Shown here: positions 20,726 to 31,659 of the stretch, one piece after another
How the letters are laid out: each line of letters starts with the position of its first letter
How positions within the stretch are numbered: the first letter of the stretch is position 1
Assembly (NCBI GenBank): GCA_964642015.1
Contig: CAZXLF010000002.1
Coordinates: forward strand, 223,678 to 287,677
Reading direction: 5' to 3'
DNA: 64,000 bases
DNA from: an uncultured Planctomycetia bacterium
GTDB taxonomy: Bacteria; Omnitrophota; Gorgyraeia; 2-02-FULL-51-18
Made by a program: the position numbers and the translations under genes
The notes under the pieces: model-generated
Seen by the model: only the letters and a program-made list of their open reading frames with translations
What the model was told of the DNA's origin: nothing
Database searches by the model: none

Positions 20726-22877
20726 TTCACCGGATAAATTAAAAGACTTTTTGTTCGAGATTGGCACCGAGGAGCTTCCGGCAACGAATCTTGCGGATAT
20801 ATTCGAATCACCGGGTGAAAATGTTCTTGTTGCGAAATTCAAAAAAGCTTTTGAAGATCAAAGGATCAGCGCGGGATCGTACGCGGTCTGGGCGACATCG
20901 CGAAGACTGATCTTTTTTGCCACGGACGTGCAGCCTGCGCAAAAGCCGAAAGATGAAATGATCAAGCTGCTTTCAAAACAGGAAGCCTATGCCGCTGACG
21001 GAAGTCCCACAGAGAAGCTCTTAGTGATCTTAAAACATCGCGGCTTTACGTTGAAAGATACGATTGTTTCAGAGATCAATGGCAAGGAGTTTGTCCACGT
21101 TAAAAAATCCGAAGCGATTCGTAAAACCGTCTCGCTTCTACCGGAGATTTGTGAAGTGCTTGTTAAGTCTTTACCATTTCCGAAGAACATGAAATGGGAT
21201 GACTCAGGCATTTATTTTCCCAGACCGATCAGGAATTACCTTTGTTTTTACGGAGATAAAAATGTTTCATTCACGATCGGCCGCACACGCGCCAAAAATG
21301 AGACTGTGATATTTTCAAAAAGCAAAAGAACGCGCTATATCGTTAAAGATATCCCATCTTACTTTGCGCTGCTCAAAAAGCACGGTGTGGTGATCGATCC
21401 GGTTGAGAGAAAAAAACTGATCGTTGAAACGCTGGGCAAATTGACCGGAGCAAATCAGGGAAAATACGTTGATGACCCGTTCCTGCTCAGCGAAGTGAAT
21501 TTTCTTGTTGAGAATCCTCAAGGATTGGCCGCGCCGTTCGCCGAGGAATTTCTTAAATTACCTTTGGAAGTGCTTACAGTCAGCATGGCGAGAAAACAAC
21601 GGATATTCGGCCTTGTGGACAGGAACAACAAAGTGCTCCCTAGATTTTTGGCTATCTTGGATGGCAAAGGAACAGAGAAAGAAAAAAAGACTATTTCCAA
21701 TAACATGGAAAATATTCTTCATGCCAAACTTCAAGACAGCCTTTTTTTCTACAATGAAGATGTGAAAATATCTTTGGAGAAAAAACGCGCGGAATTGAAA
21801 AATCTGATATTTTTGAAAAATGCGGGTTCAATGCTTGAAAAATCTGATCGTTTAGTAAGTCTAGCCAAAGTGATCGGTAAACAAATAGCTTTATCCTCTA
21901 ATGATCAAAAAAATCTGGAGAGAGCTTGCTACTTGGGAAAATCCGATCTTTTGACCCAAATGGTAGGGGAGTTTCCGGAACTTCAAGGAATTATAGGAAA
22001 GTACTATGCGTTAGAAAATAAAGAGCCATCGGAAGTTGCTATTGCGATCGGTGAGCAATATTTACCTCGAACGGTTCAGGATCATTTGCCTAAGACATTA
22101 GTTGGAAGTCTTTTATCAATTCTGGATAAATGTGATTTAGTTGTAGCGTGTTTTAAATTGGGCCTTCAGCCTTCTAGTAGTTTGGATCCATATGGGTTGA
22201 GACGAAGTGCTACGGGTGTGCTGAAAATAATCATTGATAGAAAGTTGAATTTTTCATTGTTTTATTTATTGGCAGAGATGATCTCTGACTCGCGTCATTA
22301 TGGGCAAAATGTAAAAGATGTTGCGTACAACATTCAAGATAGTTTAGAAGCTTTTTTTAGTGAACGTTTCAAGTCATTATTGGTTGAAAAGGGCTTTCGG
22401 GAAGATTTGGTGAACGCTGTCATGGCATCCAAGCCTCTTTATCTTTATGAGGCATACGAGCGTGTTGGAGAATTGTCTGGGCTGACTAGAGAAAGTTCTT
22501 TTTCTGAGACTTGGAAGGTGGTCGAGAGAACTTCCAATATATTGAAATCCGTCAAAGAAACGCTTCCCGAGAAGCCGGAAGCCGCGCTTTTTCAAGAGGA
22601 TCTGGAAAGGCAGGTTTTCGAAAGTTATGAGAAATCTCACCGTGCGATCCGGGAAGCTGCTGAATCCAGGAATTTTAAGCTCGCAACAAGCTTGTATGCG
22701 GAAGCTTTTTTTGCTATCTTAAATAAATTCTTTGAGAAGGTTTTCGTCAATGCCGAAGACCTGACCATCAGAAAAAACCGTTTGGCGCTTCTCCGCGCCG
22801 TAAACCGGCTTTATACAGACAACATTGCGGATTTATCGAAGATCCGTTTGGCAGTACCGGGCGCGGAGATCAAATAA
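20709..22877 (+). CDS. glyS: Glycine--tRNA ligase beta subunit
   Basis: Starts [25 protein letters not shown], overlapping the glyQ stop by 17 nt. About 722 aa with GlyS architecture. Confidence 0.9.
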   Translation: MKKRNNSPDKLKDFLFEIGTEELPATNLADIFESPGENVLVAKFKKAFEDQRISAGSYAVWATSRRLIFFATDVQPAQKPKDEMIKLLSKQEAYAADGSPTEKLLVILKHRGFTLKDTIVSEINGKEFVHVKKSEAIRKTVSLLPEICEVLVKSLPFPKNMKWDDSGIYFPRPIRNYLCFYGDKNVSFTIGRTRAKNETVIFSKSKRTRYIVKDIPSYFALLKKHGVVIDPVERKKLIVETLGKLTGANQGKYVDDPFLLSEVNFLVENPQGLAAPFAEEFLKLPLEVLTVSMARKQRIFGLVDRNNKVLPRFLAILDGKGTEKEKKTISNNMENILHAKLQDSLFFYNEDVKISLEKKRAELKNLIFLKNAGSMLEKSDRLVSLAKVIGKQIALSSNDQKNLERACYLGKSDLLTQMVGEFPELQGIIGKYYALENKEPSEVAIAIGEQYLPRTVQDHLPKTLVGSLLSILDKCDLVVACFKLGLQPSSSLDPYGLRRSATGVLKIIIDRKLNFSLFYLLAEMISDSRHYGQNVKDVAYNIQDSLEAFFSERFKSLLVEKGFREDLVNAVMASKPLYLYEAYERVGELSGLTRESSFSETWKVVERTSNILKSVKETLPEKPEAALFQEDLERQVFESYEKSHRAIREAAESRNFKLATSLYAEAFFAILNKFFEKVFVNAEDLTIRKNRLALLRAVNRLYTDNIADLSKIRLAVPGAEIK

Positions 22878-22972
22878 TTTTTTTACGGGCGAAAACAAGA
22901 TAAAAGGGAGATCGTGCATTCATGGCATTAGTCACAGAGAGTAAAACAAAACAACAAGGGGTCGCAAGCTCG

Positions 22973-25621
22973 ATGAAAAAATACGTCTATTTTTTTGGGA
23001 ACGGGAAGGCGGAAGGAACTAAAGATCAACGGAGCCTTTTGGGCGGCAAAGGTGCGAACCTTGCTGAAATGACCAATCTGGGCATTCCGGTCCCGCCGGG
23101 TTTTACGATATCGACGGTTGCTTGCAAAGAATTTTATGCGCTTGGAGAAAAATGGCCCGATGGTCTGGAAGGGGAGATTCAGGAGAATTTAAAGAACCTC
23201 GAAAAAGCGACGGGGAAAAATTTCGGCTCCAAAGAAAATCCGCTTTTGGTGTCAGTGAGAAGCGGTGCGGCAGTATCTTTGCCGGGAATGATGGACACGA
23301 TATTGAATCTCGGGCTGAACGATGAAACTGTTCAAGGTTTGATCAGAAAATCGGGCAATGAGCGTTTTGCTTATGATGCTTATCGCCGTTTTATCCAAAT
23401 GTTCGGTAATGTTGTGTTGGAAATGGAGCATCATGGTTTTGAGCATATTCTGGCGGCCAAGAAAAAGAAATTAAAAGTGACCGAAGATACCCAGCTTGAT
23501 GCTAAAGCCTTAAAGGATCTGGTCGGAGAATATAAGGAGTATGTGAAAAAGAGCACGAAAAAAGCATTTCCCGAAAATCCGATGAATCAGCTCAGGCTGG
23601 CTTGTAACGCGGTGTTTGCTTCATGGAACAATCAGCGCGCCATTACTTATAGGAATCTGAGCAAGATCCCGCATGATCTTGGCACCGGTGTAAATGTGCA
23701 GACAATGGTGTTCGGTAATATGGGTGACACCAGCGGCACGGGAGTTGCGTTCACGCGTGACCCGGGTACCGGCGAACATAAATTCTTCGGCGAGTTTTTG
23801 ATCAACGCACAGGGTGAAGACGTCGTAGCGGGGATCCGCACACCCAAGCCGATCAGTCAACTGAAACAGATCATGCCGTCAGCTTATGCGCAGCTTGAGG
23901 AAATATATAAGAAGCTCGAGCACCATTTCCGAGACATGCAGGACATTGAGTTTACGATAGAAGACAAACGCTTATTCCTTTTGCAAACGAGGAATGGAAA
24001 GCGATCGGCAGCAGCAGCTGTGAAGATCGCTTGCGATATGGTCAAAGAAGGGTTGATCACCAAGGAGCAGGCGATCCTTAGAGTGGCTCCCGAACAGCTT
24101 GATCAATTACTTCATCCTACGATTGATACAAAGATCAAATATAAAACGCTTGCGAAAGGTTTGCCTGCATCGCCCGGAGCTGCAGTCGGTCAGGTTGTGT
24201 TTAATGCTGAAGACGCGGTTGATTGGGTCGAAGCCAAAGGCCGGCATGTGGTGCTTGTCCGCATGGAAACTTCTCCTGAAGACGTCGGTGGCATGGCAAT
24301 TTCAGAAGGAATTCTCACAGCGACCGGTGGCATGACAAGCCATGCGGCGGTCGTGGCGCGCGGGATGGGTAAGTGCTGCATCGCGGGTTGCGGTGATATT
24401 CAGATCGATGGGAGTGGAAAATATTTTACAGTTAAATCTGCCGGCAACTTGGTAAAAGTCCGTGAAGGCGATGTGATCACACTGAACGGCTCTACCGGCG
24501 AAGTGATCTTGGGCGGAGTGAAGCTTGTGCAGCCTGAGCTTGGCGGAGATTTTAGAGAATTCATGAAATGGGCTGATGAAGTCAGACGGTTGAAAGTCCG
24601 CACGAATGCGGATACCCCCGAAGACGCGAAGATCGCGCGTGATTTCGGAGCCGAAGGTATCGGACTCTGCCGGACTGAGCATATGTTCTTCGGTGAAAAC
24701 CGTCTGAAAGCTGTGCGTGAAATGATCCTGGCGGAGAACGAGAAAGATAGGATCAAAGCACTTAAAAAACTTCAGCCGCTCCAGCGTGGAGATTTCAAGG
24801 GGATCTTTAAGGCGATGACAGGCTTTCCTGTGACGATCCGTTTATTGGATCCGCCGCTGCACGAGTTTTTACCGAAAGGCGAAGCCGAGCTGAAAAAAGT
24901 CGCCAAGGACATGAAGATCTCCGTTAAGGAGCTTCAGCAAAAAGTCCAATCGCTTCACGAAGTGAATCCGATGCTGGGTCACCGCGGATGCCGTTTGGCC
25001 GTGACTTACCCTGAGATCTACCGGATGCAGGCGGAAGCGATATTCGAAGCGGCTTGCGAGCTTGCGAAAGAAAATATACGAGTTGTTCCTGAGGTCATGA
25101 TCCCGCTGGTCGGTATTCTCGGAGAACTTACGTTTACCAAACAAGATGTCATCAAAGTCGCTGAAGATGTGATGAAGCGCTATAAAATGAAGATCAACTA
25201 TCTTGTAGGAACCATGATAGAGATCCCGCGTGCGGCTGTGATCGCTGACGATCTTGCCAGAGAAGCGGAGTTCTTCAGCTTCGGAACGAACGACCTCACG
25301 CAGATGTCTTTTGGTTTCTCAAGAGATGATATAGGCAAATTCCTGCCTTATTATATAGAGAGAGGTATTCTTAAGGTCGACCCGTTCGTTTCTTTGGATC
25401 AATTCGGTGTCGGTCGTTTGATCGAACAGGCAGTTTCCAAAGGCCGCGGTGTGAAGCAGAATCTGAAAGTCGGGATCTGCGGAGAGCATGGAGGAGACCC
25501 GGCATCGATTGAGTTCTGCCACAGGACCTCTTTGGATTATGTCAGCTGCTCGCCATTCCGTGTTCCTATCGCGCGTTTGTCAGCGGCCCAAGCGGTGTTA
25601 AAGGAGAAGCAAAAGTCCTGA
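22973..25621 (+). CDS. ppdK: Pyruvate, phosphate dikinase
   Basis: MKKYVYFFGNGKAEG...LLGGKGANLAEM N-terminus, phosphohistidine domain (TATGGMTSHAAVVARGMG), PEP-utilizing C-terminal domain. An alternative upstream ATG is at 22922. Confidence 0.92.
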   Translation: MKKYVYFFGNGKAEGTKDQRSLLGGKGANLAEMTNLGIPVPPGFTISTVACKEFYALGEKWPDGLEGEIQENLKNLEKATGKNFGSKENPLLVSVRSGAAVSLPGMMDTILNLGLNDETVQGLIRKSGNERFAYDAYRRFIQMFGNVVLEMEHHGFEHILAAKKKKLKVTEDTQLDAKALKDLVGEYKEYVKKSTKKAFPENPMNQLRLACNAVFASWNNQRAITYRNLSKIPHDLGTGVNVQTMVFGNMGDTSGTGVAFTRDPGTGEHKFFGEFLINAQGEDVVAGIRTPKPISQLKQIMPSAYAQLEEIYKKLEHHFRDMQDIEFTIEDKRLFLLQTRNGKRSAAAAVKIACDMVKEGLITKEQAILRVAPEQLDQLLHPTIDTKIKYKTLAKGLPASPGAAVGQVVFNAEDAVDWVEAKGRHVVLVRMETSPEDVGGMAISEGILTATGGMTSHAAVVARGMGKCCIAGCGDIQIDGSGKYFTVKSAGNLVKVREGDVITLNGSTGEVILGGVKLVQPELGGDFREFMKWADEVRRLKVRTNADTPEDAKIARDFGAEGIGLCRTEHMFFGENRLKAVREMILAENEKDRIKALKKLQPLQRGDFKGIFKAMTGFPVTIRLLDPPLHEFLPKGEAELKKVAKDMKISVKELQQKVQSLHEVNPMLGHRGCRLAVTYPEIYRMQAEAIFEAACELAKENIRVVPEVMIPLVGILGELTFTKQDVIKVAEDVMKRYKMKINYLVGTMIEIPRAAVIADDLAREAEFFSFGTNDLTQMSFGFSRDDIGKFLPYYIERGILKVDPFVSLDQFGVGRLIEQAVSKGRGVKQNLKVGICGEHGGDPASIEFCHRTSLDYVSCSPFRVPIARLSAAQAVLKEKQKS

Positions 25622-25652
25622 AGAAAATACGCCAAAACATAAGGTCTATTTT

Positions 25653-26474
25653 ATGGATGCTTTAAAATTATATATTAAAGATATTAAAGACATCCCTCTT
25701 CTCACGCCGGAGGAAGAGCTGAAAATAGCCCGCCGTATCAAACGCGGCGACGGACAAGCTCGCCGCATCATGATCCGCTCAAATCTTAGACTTGTGATCA
25801 ATATCGCCAAACAGTATTCAAAATTTGGTGTTCCATTTCTTGATTTGATCGAAGAAGGGAATCTTGGGCTCATGAAAGCCGTAAGCAAGTTCGATCCGAA
25901 ATTAGGCTATCGGTTTTCAACCTACGCTGCGTGGTGGATCAAGCAGCATGTCACGCGCGCGTTGGCGGACCAGGGAAAGACAGTGAGGATCCCTGTTTAC
26001 ATGGTCGAAACGCTTTCACGTTTTCGAAAAGTGAATGAGCGCTTGACGCATCGTTTACGCCGCAAACCCAAGGTTTCGGAGCTTGCACGCGCGATGAAAT
26101 TATCAGTTTCCAAGATCAGGGATTTGCAGCAGATGGATCAGGGTACGACATCTCTGGACCAGCCGATCGGAGAAGAAGGTGAAGCATCGATGCTGGACCT
26201 CATAGAAGACGTGGCTACCAGCTCATCTCAGGATCGGGTAGATGAAATGTTCCGCGGTGAGCGGATAGCAGGTCTCTTAGATAAGATTAATCCGCGTGAA
26301 AGAGCGATATTGGAACTTCGTTTCGGCTTAAAGGACGGGGAGATTCATACCTTAAATGAAGCCGCTCAGATTTTTAAGATTACGCGAGAACGTGTCCGTC
26401 AGATAGAGGCTTCCGCGCTGAAAAAACTTCGCGTTTTGGCTGAGGCTCAGCCTAAGGGCATTTCGCCCCGGTAG
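25653..26474 (+). CDS. RNA polymerase sigma factor, sigma-70 family (RpoD/RpoS-like, lacks region 1.1)
   Basis: Region 1.2/2 (LLTPEEELKIARRIKRGD; RLVINIAKQY; GNLGLMKAVSKFD), region 3 and the 4.2 HTH (ITRERVRQIEASALKKLR). 273 aa. Confidence 0.85.
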   Translation: MDALKLYIKDIKDIPLLTPEEELKIARRIKRGDGQARRIMIRSNLRLVINIAKQYSKFGVPFLDLIEEGNLGLMKAVSKFDPKLGYRFSTYAAWWIKQHVTRALADQGKTVRIPVYMVETLSRFRKVNERLTHRLRRKPKVSELARAMKLSVSKIRDLQQMDQGTTSLDQPIGEEGEASMLDLIEDVATSSSQDRVDEMFRGERIAGLLDKINPRERAILELRFGLKDGEIHTLNEAAQIFKITRERVRQIEASALKKLRVLAEAQPKGISPR

Positions 26475-26541
26475 CTCAGATGGATAGAGCACAGGTTTCC
26501 TAAACCTGGTGTCGGCAGTTCGACTCTGCCCCGGGGCACCA
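26465..26541 (+). tRNA. tRNA-Arg (anticodon CCU)
   Basis: Cloverleaf by hand: acceptor GCCCCGG/CCGGGGC, anticodon stem CAGGT/ACCTG, loop UUCCUAA, T-loop TTCGACT, encoded CCA. The first 10 nt overlap the sigma factor stop codon. Confidence 0.9.
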
Positions 26542-26800
26542 TCCTTCTTCCGATTCTGATTAACGAACCATAGCTTCATTACAATATTGTTAACAATTAA
26601 TAAAAGTTACTTGACAGATCGAAGGGTATTTGTTACCTTAGTCCTCAGTTGTATTTCACTTACAACCAATGTAGCCTACACACGCCAAAGAAAGGGGGGA
26701 GGAAACCTAATCGGCTCAAGGCTGCAAGCTAGCCCGATAAGCTAGCTACCCTAAAAGCAGTGCCCTAACTAAGAAAATAAAAGCAATTTGGAGGATTTAA

Positions 26801-28258
26801 ATGAAATCATTAAAAGCGTTATTTGTGTTGGCGCTTGCGGTGGCTTTTGCAGTTCCCGCATATGCCGAAACACAGAACGTCAAGGTGAGCGGCGCTATCG
26901 ACGCTTACTGGTTCAATCGTCATAACTACGACTTAAAGTCGAGCAATGACATCGCTATCACCCCGGTTGGCACAGCTACGGCCAGCTATACGGGCGGCGG
27001 TGCCTTTGCTGCAGCTACGACTCCAACGTTCCGTGAGAACACGGCGGACTTTTACAGAACAAATACGCAGGTCGAAATTTCTGCGGATTTGACTGATAAC
27101 GTCTCTACCGTGATCAATATCGTGAACCAAAGAGACTGGAACGCACATCAATTTGTCGATCCAGCTAGCGGAACGTACGCGACTACACCCAACAACCAAG
27201 CCAACGAATTCGACATCGATCTGGACCTGGCCTATGTGCAGATGAAGGAGATCTTTTATTCTCCGCTCACGCTGACCATTGGTCGTCAGGATCTTTGGTT
27301 TGGTCGTGGATTTATCATCGGGAACAATAATACCGTGTGGGATACTCAATCGACCACAGTGGCAGATGAATATTCTGTCTCTACGGCGTTTGATGCTGTC
27401 CGCGCCACTCTCGATTTCAATCCTTGGACCATAGACCTCGTCTATTCCAAGATATTCGAGAATTCGGTGAACTCTGAAGATGATAAGGATCTCTACATCG
27501 CGAATGTGAACTACAAGTTCGCGGAGTACAATGCCGTGGCTGAAGGCTACTACGTTGGAGAGCTTGATAGATCGGCTCTTAGCGGTGGCAGCACAACAGT
27601 TGGCAGCAATGACACGCACACCATTGGTGGCCGTGTTCAGTTCGATCCTATCTCACAGATCACGATCGGTGGTGAGTTGGCTTATCAGTTCGGTAACTAT
27701 CGTGCAGCAGCGACTAACCCTCGCCGTGATCGTTCCGCATGGGCGACCGATGTGTTCGGTACCTATCGTTGGGACTACACATGGAAGCCTGAATTGACGA
27801 TTGAATATGTGTTGTTCTCGGGTGAAGAGGATCTCTCAGCCAGCACGTCTAGTTATGGGGCATGGAATGGTCTCTATCGTGGTAAGTTCTGGACAGCTTA
27901 TGCGGATTTCCGTGAATTTGTTTACGGTACCGCTGATCCTGTAGACCAGCCAGCCACGACTAACGAGCAATTTATTCAGGTCAAGGGCTCTTTAAAGCCT
28001 ATGGAAGATCTGTTGCTCGAGGCCTCGTTCACATATCTATGGAACGATGCTAAAGTCCATACCACTCCTGGTGTGCAATCTTCCGCCACTAAGGATTCGC
28101 AAATTGGCTATGAAATCGACCTGCAATCTACCTATGACTATACCGAAGATGTAACATTCGGTTTGCTCGTGGGTTGGTTTGTTCCGGGCAATTTCTATGA
28201 CAATGGCAACGATAAGACGGCCAGCGATATCGTTGGTTCTGTGAAGGTTGCGTTCTAA
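26801..28258 (+). CDS. Outer-membrane beta-barrel protein (porin-like), signal peptide
   Basis: Signal peptide MKSLKALFVLALAVAFAVPAYA. Alternating hydrophobic/aromatic beta-strand pattern rich in Y/W/G/T. C-terminal VKVAF ends in an aromatic residue, as in OMP barrels. Confidence 0.7.
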   Translation: MKSLKALFVLALAVAFAVPAYAETQNVKVSGAIDAYWFNRHNYDLKSSNDIAITPVGTATASYTGGGAFAAATTPTFRENTADFYRTNTQVEISADLTDNVSTVINIVNQRDWNAHQFVDPASGTYATTPNNQANEFDIDLDLAYVQMKEIFYSPLTLTIGRQDLWFGRGFIIGNNNTVWDTQSTTVADEYSVSTAFDAVRATLDFNPWTIDLVYSKIFENSVNSEDDKDLYIANVNYKFAEYNAVAEGYYVGELDRSALSGGSTTVGSNDTHTIGGRVQFDPISQITIGGELAYQFGNYRAAATNPRRDRSAWATDVFGTYRWDYTWKPELTIEYVLFSGEEDLSASTSSYGAWNGLYRGKFWTAYADFREFVYGTADPVDQPATTNEQFIQVKGSLKPMEDLLLEASFTYLWNDAKVHTTPGVQSSATKDSQIGYEIDLQSTYDYTEDVTFGLLVGWFVPGNFYDNGNDKTASDIVGSVKVAF

Positions 28259-28290
28259 GAAGACGCTTTAAAAGTAATTCGCAGTAAAAG

Positions 28291-28326
28291 ACCCCCTTGG
28301 GCCAAAACCCAAGGGGGCTCTTATTT
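28291..28326. terminator. Bidirectional rho-independent terminator between the convergent OMP gene and the MIPS gene
   Basis: ACCCCCTTGGG-CCAAAA-CCCAAGGGGG(CT) 10-bp GC-rich stem, with T-runs on both strands (CTTATTTG downstream; A-rich upstream). Confidence 0.75.
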
Positions 28327-28359
28327 GCTCTAAAACTAAAATGGAATTATTTTAAAGAA

Positions 28360-29466
28360 TTAGTCTTTGCGCTTACCGGAAATGAAATCCTGAATGAGCT
28401 CTTTAGCTTGCGCATCCGAATACTGTTTGGGAGGATGCTTCATAAGATATGCCGAAACTGAATAGAGCGGTCCTTTGATTTTTCTTTCACGCGCGATCTT
28501 GAGACAGCGGATCGCATCGACGGCCACGCCAGCACTATTAGGGGAGTCTTCGACAGAAAGACGCACTTCCATGCTGAGTGGAACATTAGCGAATCCTCGA
28601 CCTTCGATTCGGATGAACGCTACTTTGTTGTCATTCTGCCAAGGCACGTAGTCACTGGGCCCGATATGGATATTTTCGGAATCAAGTCTTTCAGTCAGTT
28701 GGGATTGAACGGATTCAGTTTTAGAAATTTTTTTGAATTTGAGACGTGAACGGTTCAGCATGTTCAGGAAATCAGTGTTGCCGCCTGTGTTCAACTGATA
28801 AGTACGGTCGATCTTCGCGCCTCGATCTTCAAACAGCTTGGCCAATGTTCGATGGACGATCGTTGCTCCTACTTGTGATTTGATATCGTCACCGACTAGT
28901 GGGATCCCGCGATCTGCAAAACGCTTGGCCCATTGGGGATTCGACGCGATAAAAACGGGGATACAATTGACCAAACTGACGCCAGCTTCCAAGCATTTTT
29001 CTGCGTAAAACTCCGCCGCTTTTGCCGAGCCTACTGGTAAGTAACTGATGCAAATTTCAGCACCTGATTTTTTAAGGACCTTTGCTACGTCAACGGGTTT
29101 TGCATGACTGGAGATGAAAGTACGTTCTTTGGGGTAGTCTTTCATATGCTCAGCGATGCCGTCATGGATTTCGCCCATTTGAACGATTGCGTTGGGCGCC
29201 GGAAGGTGATTGGTGATCAGCTGTGTACAGTTAGGAGCTTGAAAAATAGCCTTTTTAATAGGTAAGCCCACTTTACGCTCATCAATATCGAATGCACAAA
29301 CCACCTCTATGTCCTGAGGTCGATAGCCGCCGATCTCATAATTCATGAGTCCTAAAGCGTCGCGGTGACCGTTTTGAGAATTAGTGCGGCGGTAAAATTC
29401 AATCCCTTGGATTAGTGAGCTTGCACAATTCCCAACACCGACTATAGCCAATCTTATTTTTTTCAT
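28360..29466 (-). CDS. myo-Inositol-1-phosphate synthase (short archaeal/bacterial type)
   Basis: 368 aa. N-terminal Rossmann IRLAIVGVGNCASSLIQG, conserved MIPS core (SYLPVGS; NTGGNTDF). The only minus-strand gene in the window. Confidence 0.85.
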   Translation of the reverse strand: MKKIRLAIVGVGNCASSLIQGIEFYRRTNSQNGHRDALGLMNYEIGGYRPQDIEVVCAFDIDERKVGLPIKKAIFQAPNCTQLITNHLPAPNAIVQMGEIHDGIAEHMKDYPKERTFISSHAKPVDVAKVLKKSGAEICISYLPVGSAKAAEFYAEKCLEAGVSLVNCIPVFIASNPQWAKRFADRGIPLVGDDIKSQVGATIVHRTLAKLFEDRGAKIDRTYQLNTGGNTDFLNMLNRSRLKFKKISKTESVQSQLTERLDSENIHIGPSDYVPWQNDNKVAFIRIEGRGFANVPLSMEVRLSVEDSPNSAGVAVDAIRCLKIARERKIKGPLYSVSAYLMKHPPKQYSDAQAKELIQDFISGKRKD

Positions 29467-29616
29467 GATCTAGATATAATTAGGGATTAAATAATACAGG
29501 CCGACAAATGATAGCTCAACAGGTTCAACGGGTTATAGAACAGGTTTATTAACATTCGGTAAGTATATAAATTGGAGTCTGGATTGTCAAGCAAAGAAGA
29601 TGTTTTTTCATTCGTT

Positions 29617-29644
29617 CTTTGCAAAGGGAATCTATTCTGATATA
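29617..29644 (+). promoter_or_regulatory. Sigma-70-like promoter upstream of ftsH
   Basis: TTGCAA, 16-nt spacer, TATAAT (consensus -10). About 90 nt upstream of the ftsH GTG start, in a 266-bp divergent intergenic region. Confidence 0.6.
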
Positions 29645-29732
29645 ATGCGACTTCCACTATATTGGATATAGCAAGTAAAAGACCGGTAAAGAGATTATTT
29701 GATGGATCCGAAGAATAAAAGGGGTTTCTTAA

Positions 29733-31610
29733 GTGAGTCAATTCGATAAAAATCAAAAACAGAATCCAAAAAAAGATTCTAGAGAGTGGTTTCCCGGGCC
29801 CATATTTTTGTGGATCCTGCTCTTTCTAAGTATTTTTTATTTTACCCGTTTAGGGTCATTACCTCTTGAAAAACAAAATCGCCAGCTGACTTATAGCGAA
29901 TTTTCCTCAATGCTCGAGGCGAATACATCCAAGCCAACTATTAAATCAGGGATTCGCGTGGCCAATGAAGTGACCGGCGATCTGGTAAGCGGGGAGAAAT
30001 ATCGAGTAATGTTGCCCGAGCACGATCCGGATATGGAAAGGATCTTAAGGCAAAATTTGCCGAATTACGAGATTCGTCCGGAAAAAACATTTTGGGCGCA
30101 GCTTCTTTATGCTGTTATAGGTCCCGTGCTTTTTGTCGGACTCTTTTGGTTCTTGATGTACCGTGGCGCTGGTGCAGCGGGGGGCGGAAGGATTATGTCG
30201 TTTGGAAAATCCAAGGCGCGTCTATCATCGAATACTAAGATAACGTTTCAGGATGTCGCCGGAGTGGAGGAGGCGAAAGAGGAATTAAATGAGATCATCG
30301 AATTTTTAAAAGAACCCAAAAAATTTCAACGGCTCGGCGGAAAGATCCCGAAAGGCGTTCTGCTGATGGGCCCTCCCGGTACGGGTAAGACGCTTTTAGC
30401 GAAAGCAGTCAGCGGAGAAGCGGATGTACCGTTTTTTTCGATATCGGGTTCGGACTTTGTTGAAATGTTCGTGGGTGTCGGCGCTTCACGCGTGAGAGAT
30501 CTTTTTGATCAGGCAAAGAAGACGGTCAAAACGACCGGTAAAGGCTGCATTATTTTCATTGATGAGATAGATGCCGTTGGGCGTCAACGTTTTGCAGGCA
30601 TCGGTGGAGGCCATGATGAGCGCGAACAGACATTGAACGCGCTTTTAGTTGAAATGGATGGATTTAACACCCAAGCCGCTGTTATTCTGATCGCAGCCAC
30701 TAATCGCCCAGATGTGCTGGATCCCGCGCTGTTACGGCCCGGTCGATTTGACAGACAGATCGTGATTGATCGCCCTGATCTGAACGGCCGCGAGGAAATT
30801 TTGAAAGTCCATACGAAAAATATTAAGCTTCTTGATAACGTAGATTTAAAATCGATTGCGCGTCAGACGCCCGGCTTTTCGGGCGCCGACATCGCGAATT
30901 TGGCGAACGAAGCAGCGCTTCTTGCGGCGCGAAACAATAAAGAAGGTGTCGGTATGTCCGAATTGCAGGCGTCGATTGAACGCGTGATGGCCGGCCCTGA
31001 GAGAAAGAGTCGTATCATATCTGAGAAGGAACGGACTATTGTGGCTTATCATGAGTCGGGACACACCTTGTTAGCGCTTTTGGTTCCTGGTACGGATCCG
31101 CTGCATAAAGTTTCGATTATTCCGCGCGGTACAGCTGCTTTAGGATATACGATGCAGGTACCCCTGGAGGATCGATATCTCACATCCAAAAAAGAACTTT
31201 TAGGTAGATTGGTCGTTCTTTTAGGCGGACGTGCTTCCGAAGAACTTAATTTCGGCGAGATCACGACAGGCGCTCACAATGACCTTGAAGTGGCTACGAA
31301 TATCGCCAGACGCATGGTCTGCGAATTTGGTATGAGCGATAAAATGGGAAATCTCACGTTAGGACGCAGAGACCACCAAGTGTTCTTGGGCCGAGACTTA
31401 GGAGAGGAAAGGAATTTCAGCGAAGAAACGGCGCGCATGATCGACAATGAAATTAAAAGCATCATCGACGAATCCTATGTAAAGGCCAAGAATGCATTGA
31501 CCGCTCACATGGAGCAGCTCAAAGCGCTTGCTAAAGCGCTTCTTGAAAAAGAAGTCTTGGACGCAGAGGAAGTCAGAACCATTGTCGGAATCCCAGCGGC
31601 CGCAGTTTGA
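29733..31610 (+). CDS. ftsH: ATP-dependent zinc metalloprotease FtsH
   Basis: N-terminal TM and periplasmic domain, AAA Walker [17 protein letters not shown] zinc motif. Confidence 0.95.
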   Translation: MSQFDKNQKQNPKKDSREWFPGPIFLWILLFLSIFYFTRLGSLPLEKQNRQLTYSEFSSMLEANTSKPTIKSGIRVANEVTGDLVSGEKYRVMLPEHDPDMERILRQNLPNYEIRPEKTFWAQLLYAVIGPVLFVGLFWFLMYRGAGAAGGGRIMSFGKSKARLSSNTKITFQDVAGVEEAKEELNEIIEFLKEPKKFQRLGGKIPKGVLLMGPPGTGKTLLAKAVSGEADVPFFSISGSDFVEMFVGVGASRVRDLFDQAKKTVKTTGKGCIIFIDEIDAVGRQRFAGIGGGHDEREQTLNALLVEMDGFNTQAAVILIAATNRPDVLDPALLRPGRFDRQIVIDRPDLNGREEILKVHTKNIKLLDNVDLKSIARQTPGFSGADIANLANEAALLAARNNKEGVGMSELQASIERVMAGPERKSRIISEKERTIVAYHESGHTLLALLVPGTDPLHKVSIIPRGTAALGYTMQVPLEDRYLTSKKELLGRLVVLLGGRASEELNFGEITTGAHNDLEVATNIARRMVCEFGMSDKMGNLTLGRRDHQVFLGRDLGEERNFSEETARMIDNEIKSIIDESYVKAKNALTAHMEQLKALAKALLEKEVLDAEEVRTIVGIPAAAV

Positions 31611-31659
31611 TCTTTACATCGGCGGCGCCAAGCTTTGCTTAGGGCGCGAAACAAAGATC

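Noticed and set aside
26352-26579. 75-aa minus-strand ORF overlapping tRNA-Arg.
   Set aside because: It overlaps a well-formed tRNA and the sigma factor 3' end. It is spurious.
26933-27619. 228-aa minus-strand ORF.
   Set aside because: It lies antisense within the outer-membrane barrel gene, which has a clear signal peptide and a C-terminal aromatic residue. It is a shadow ORF.
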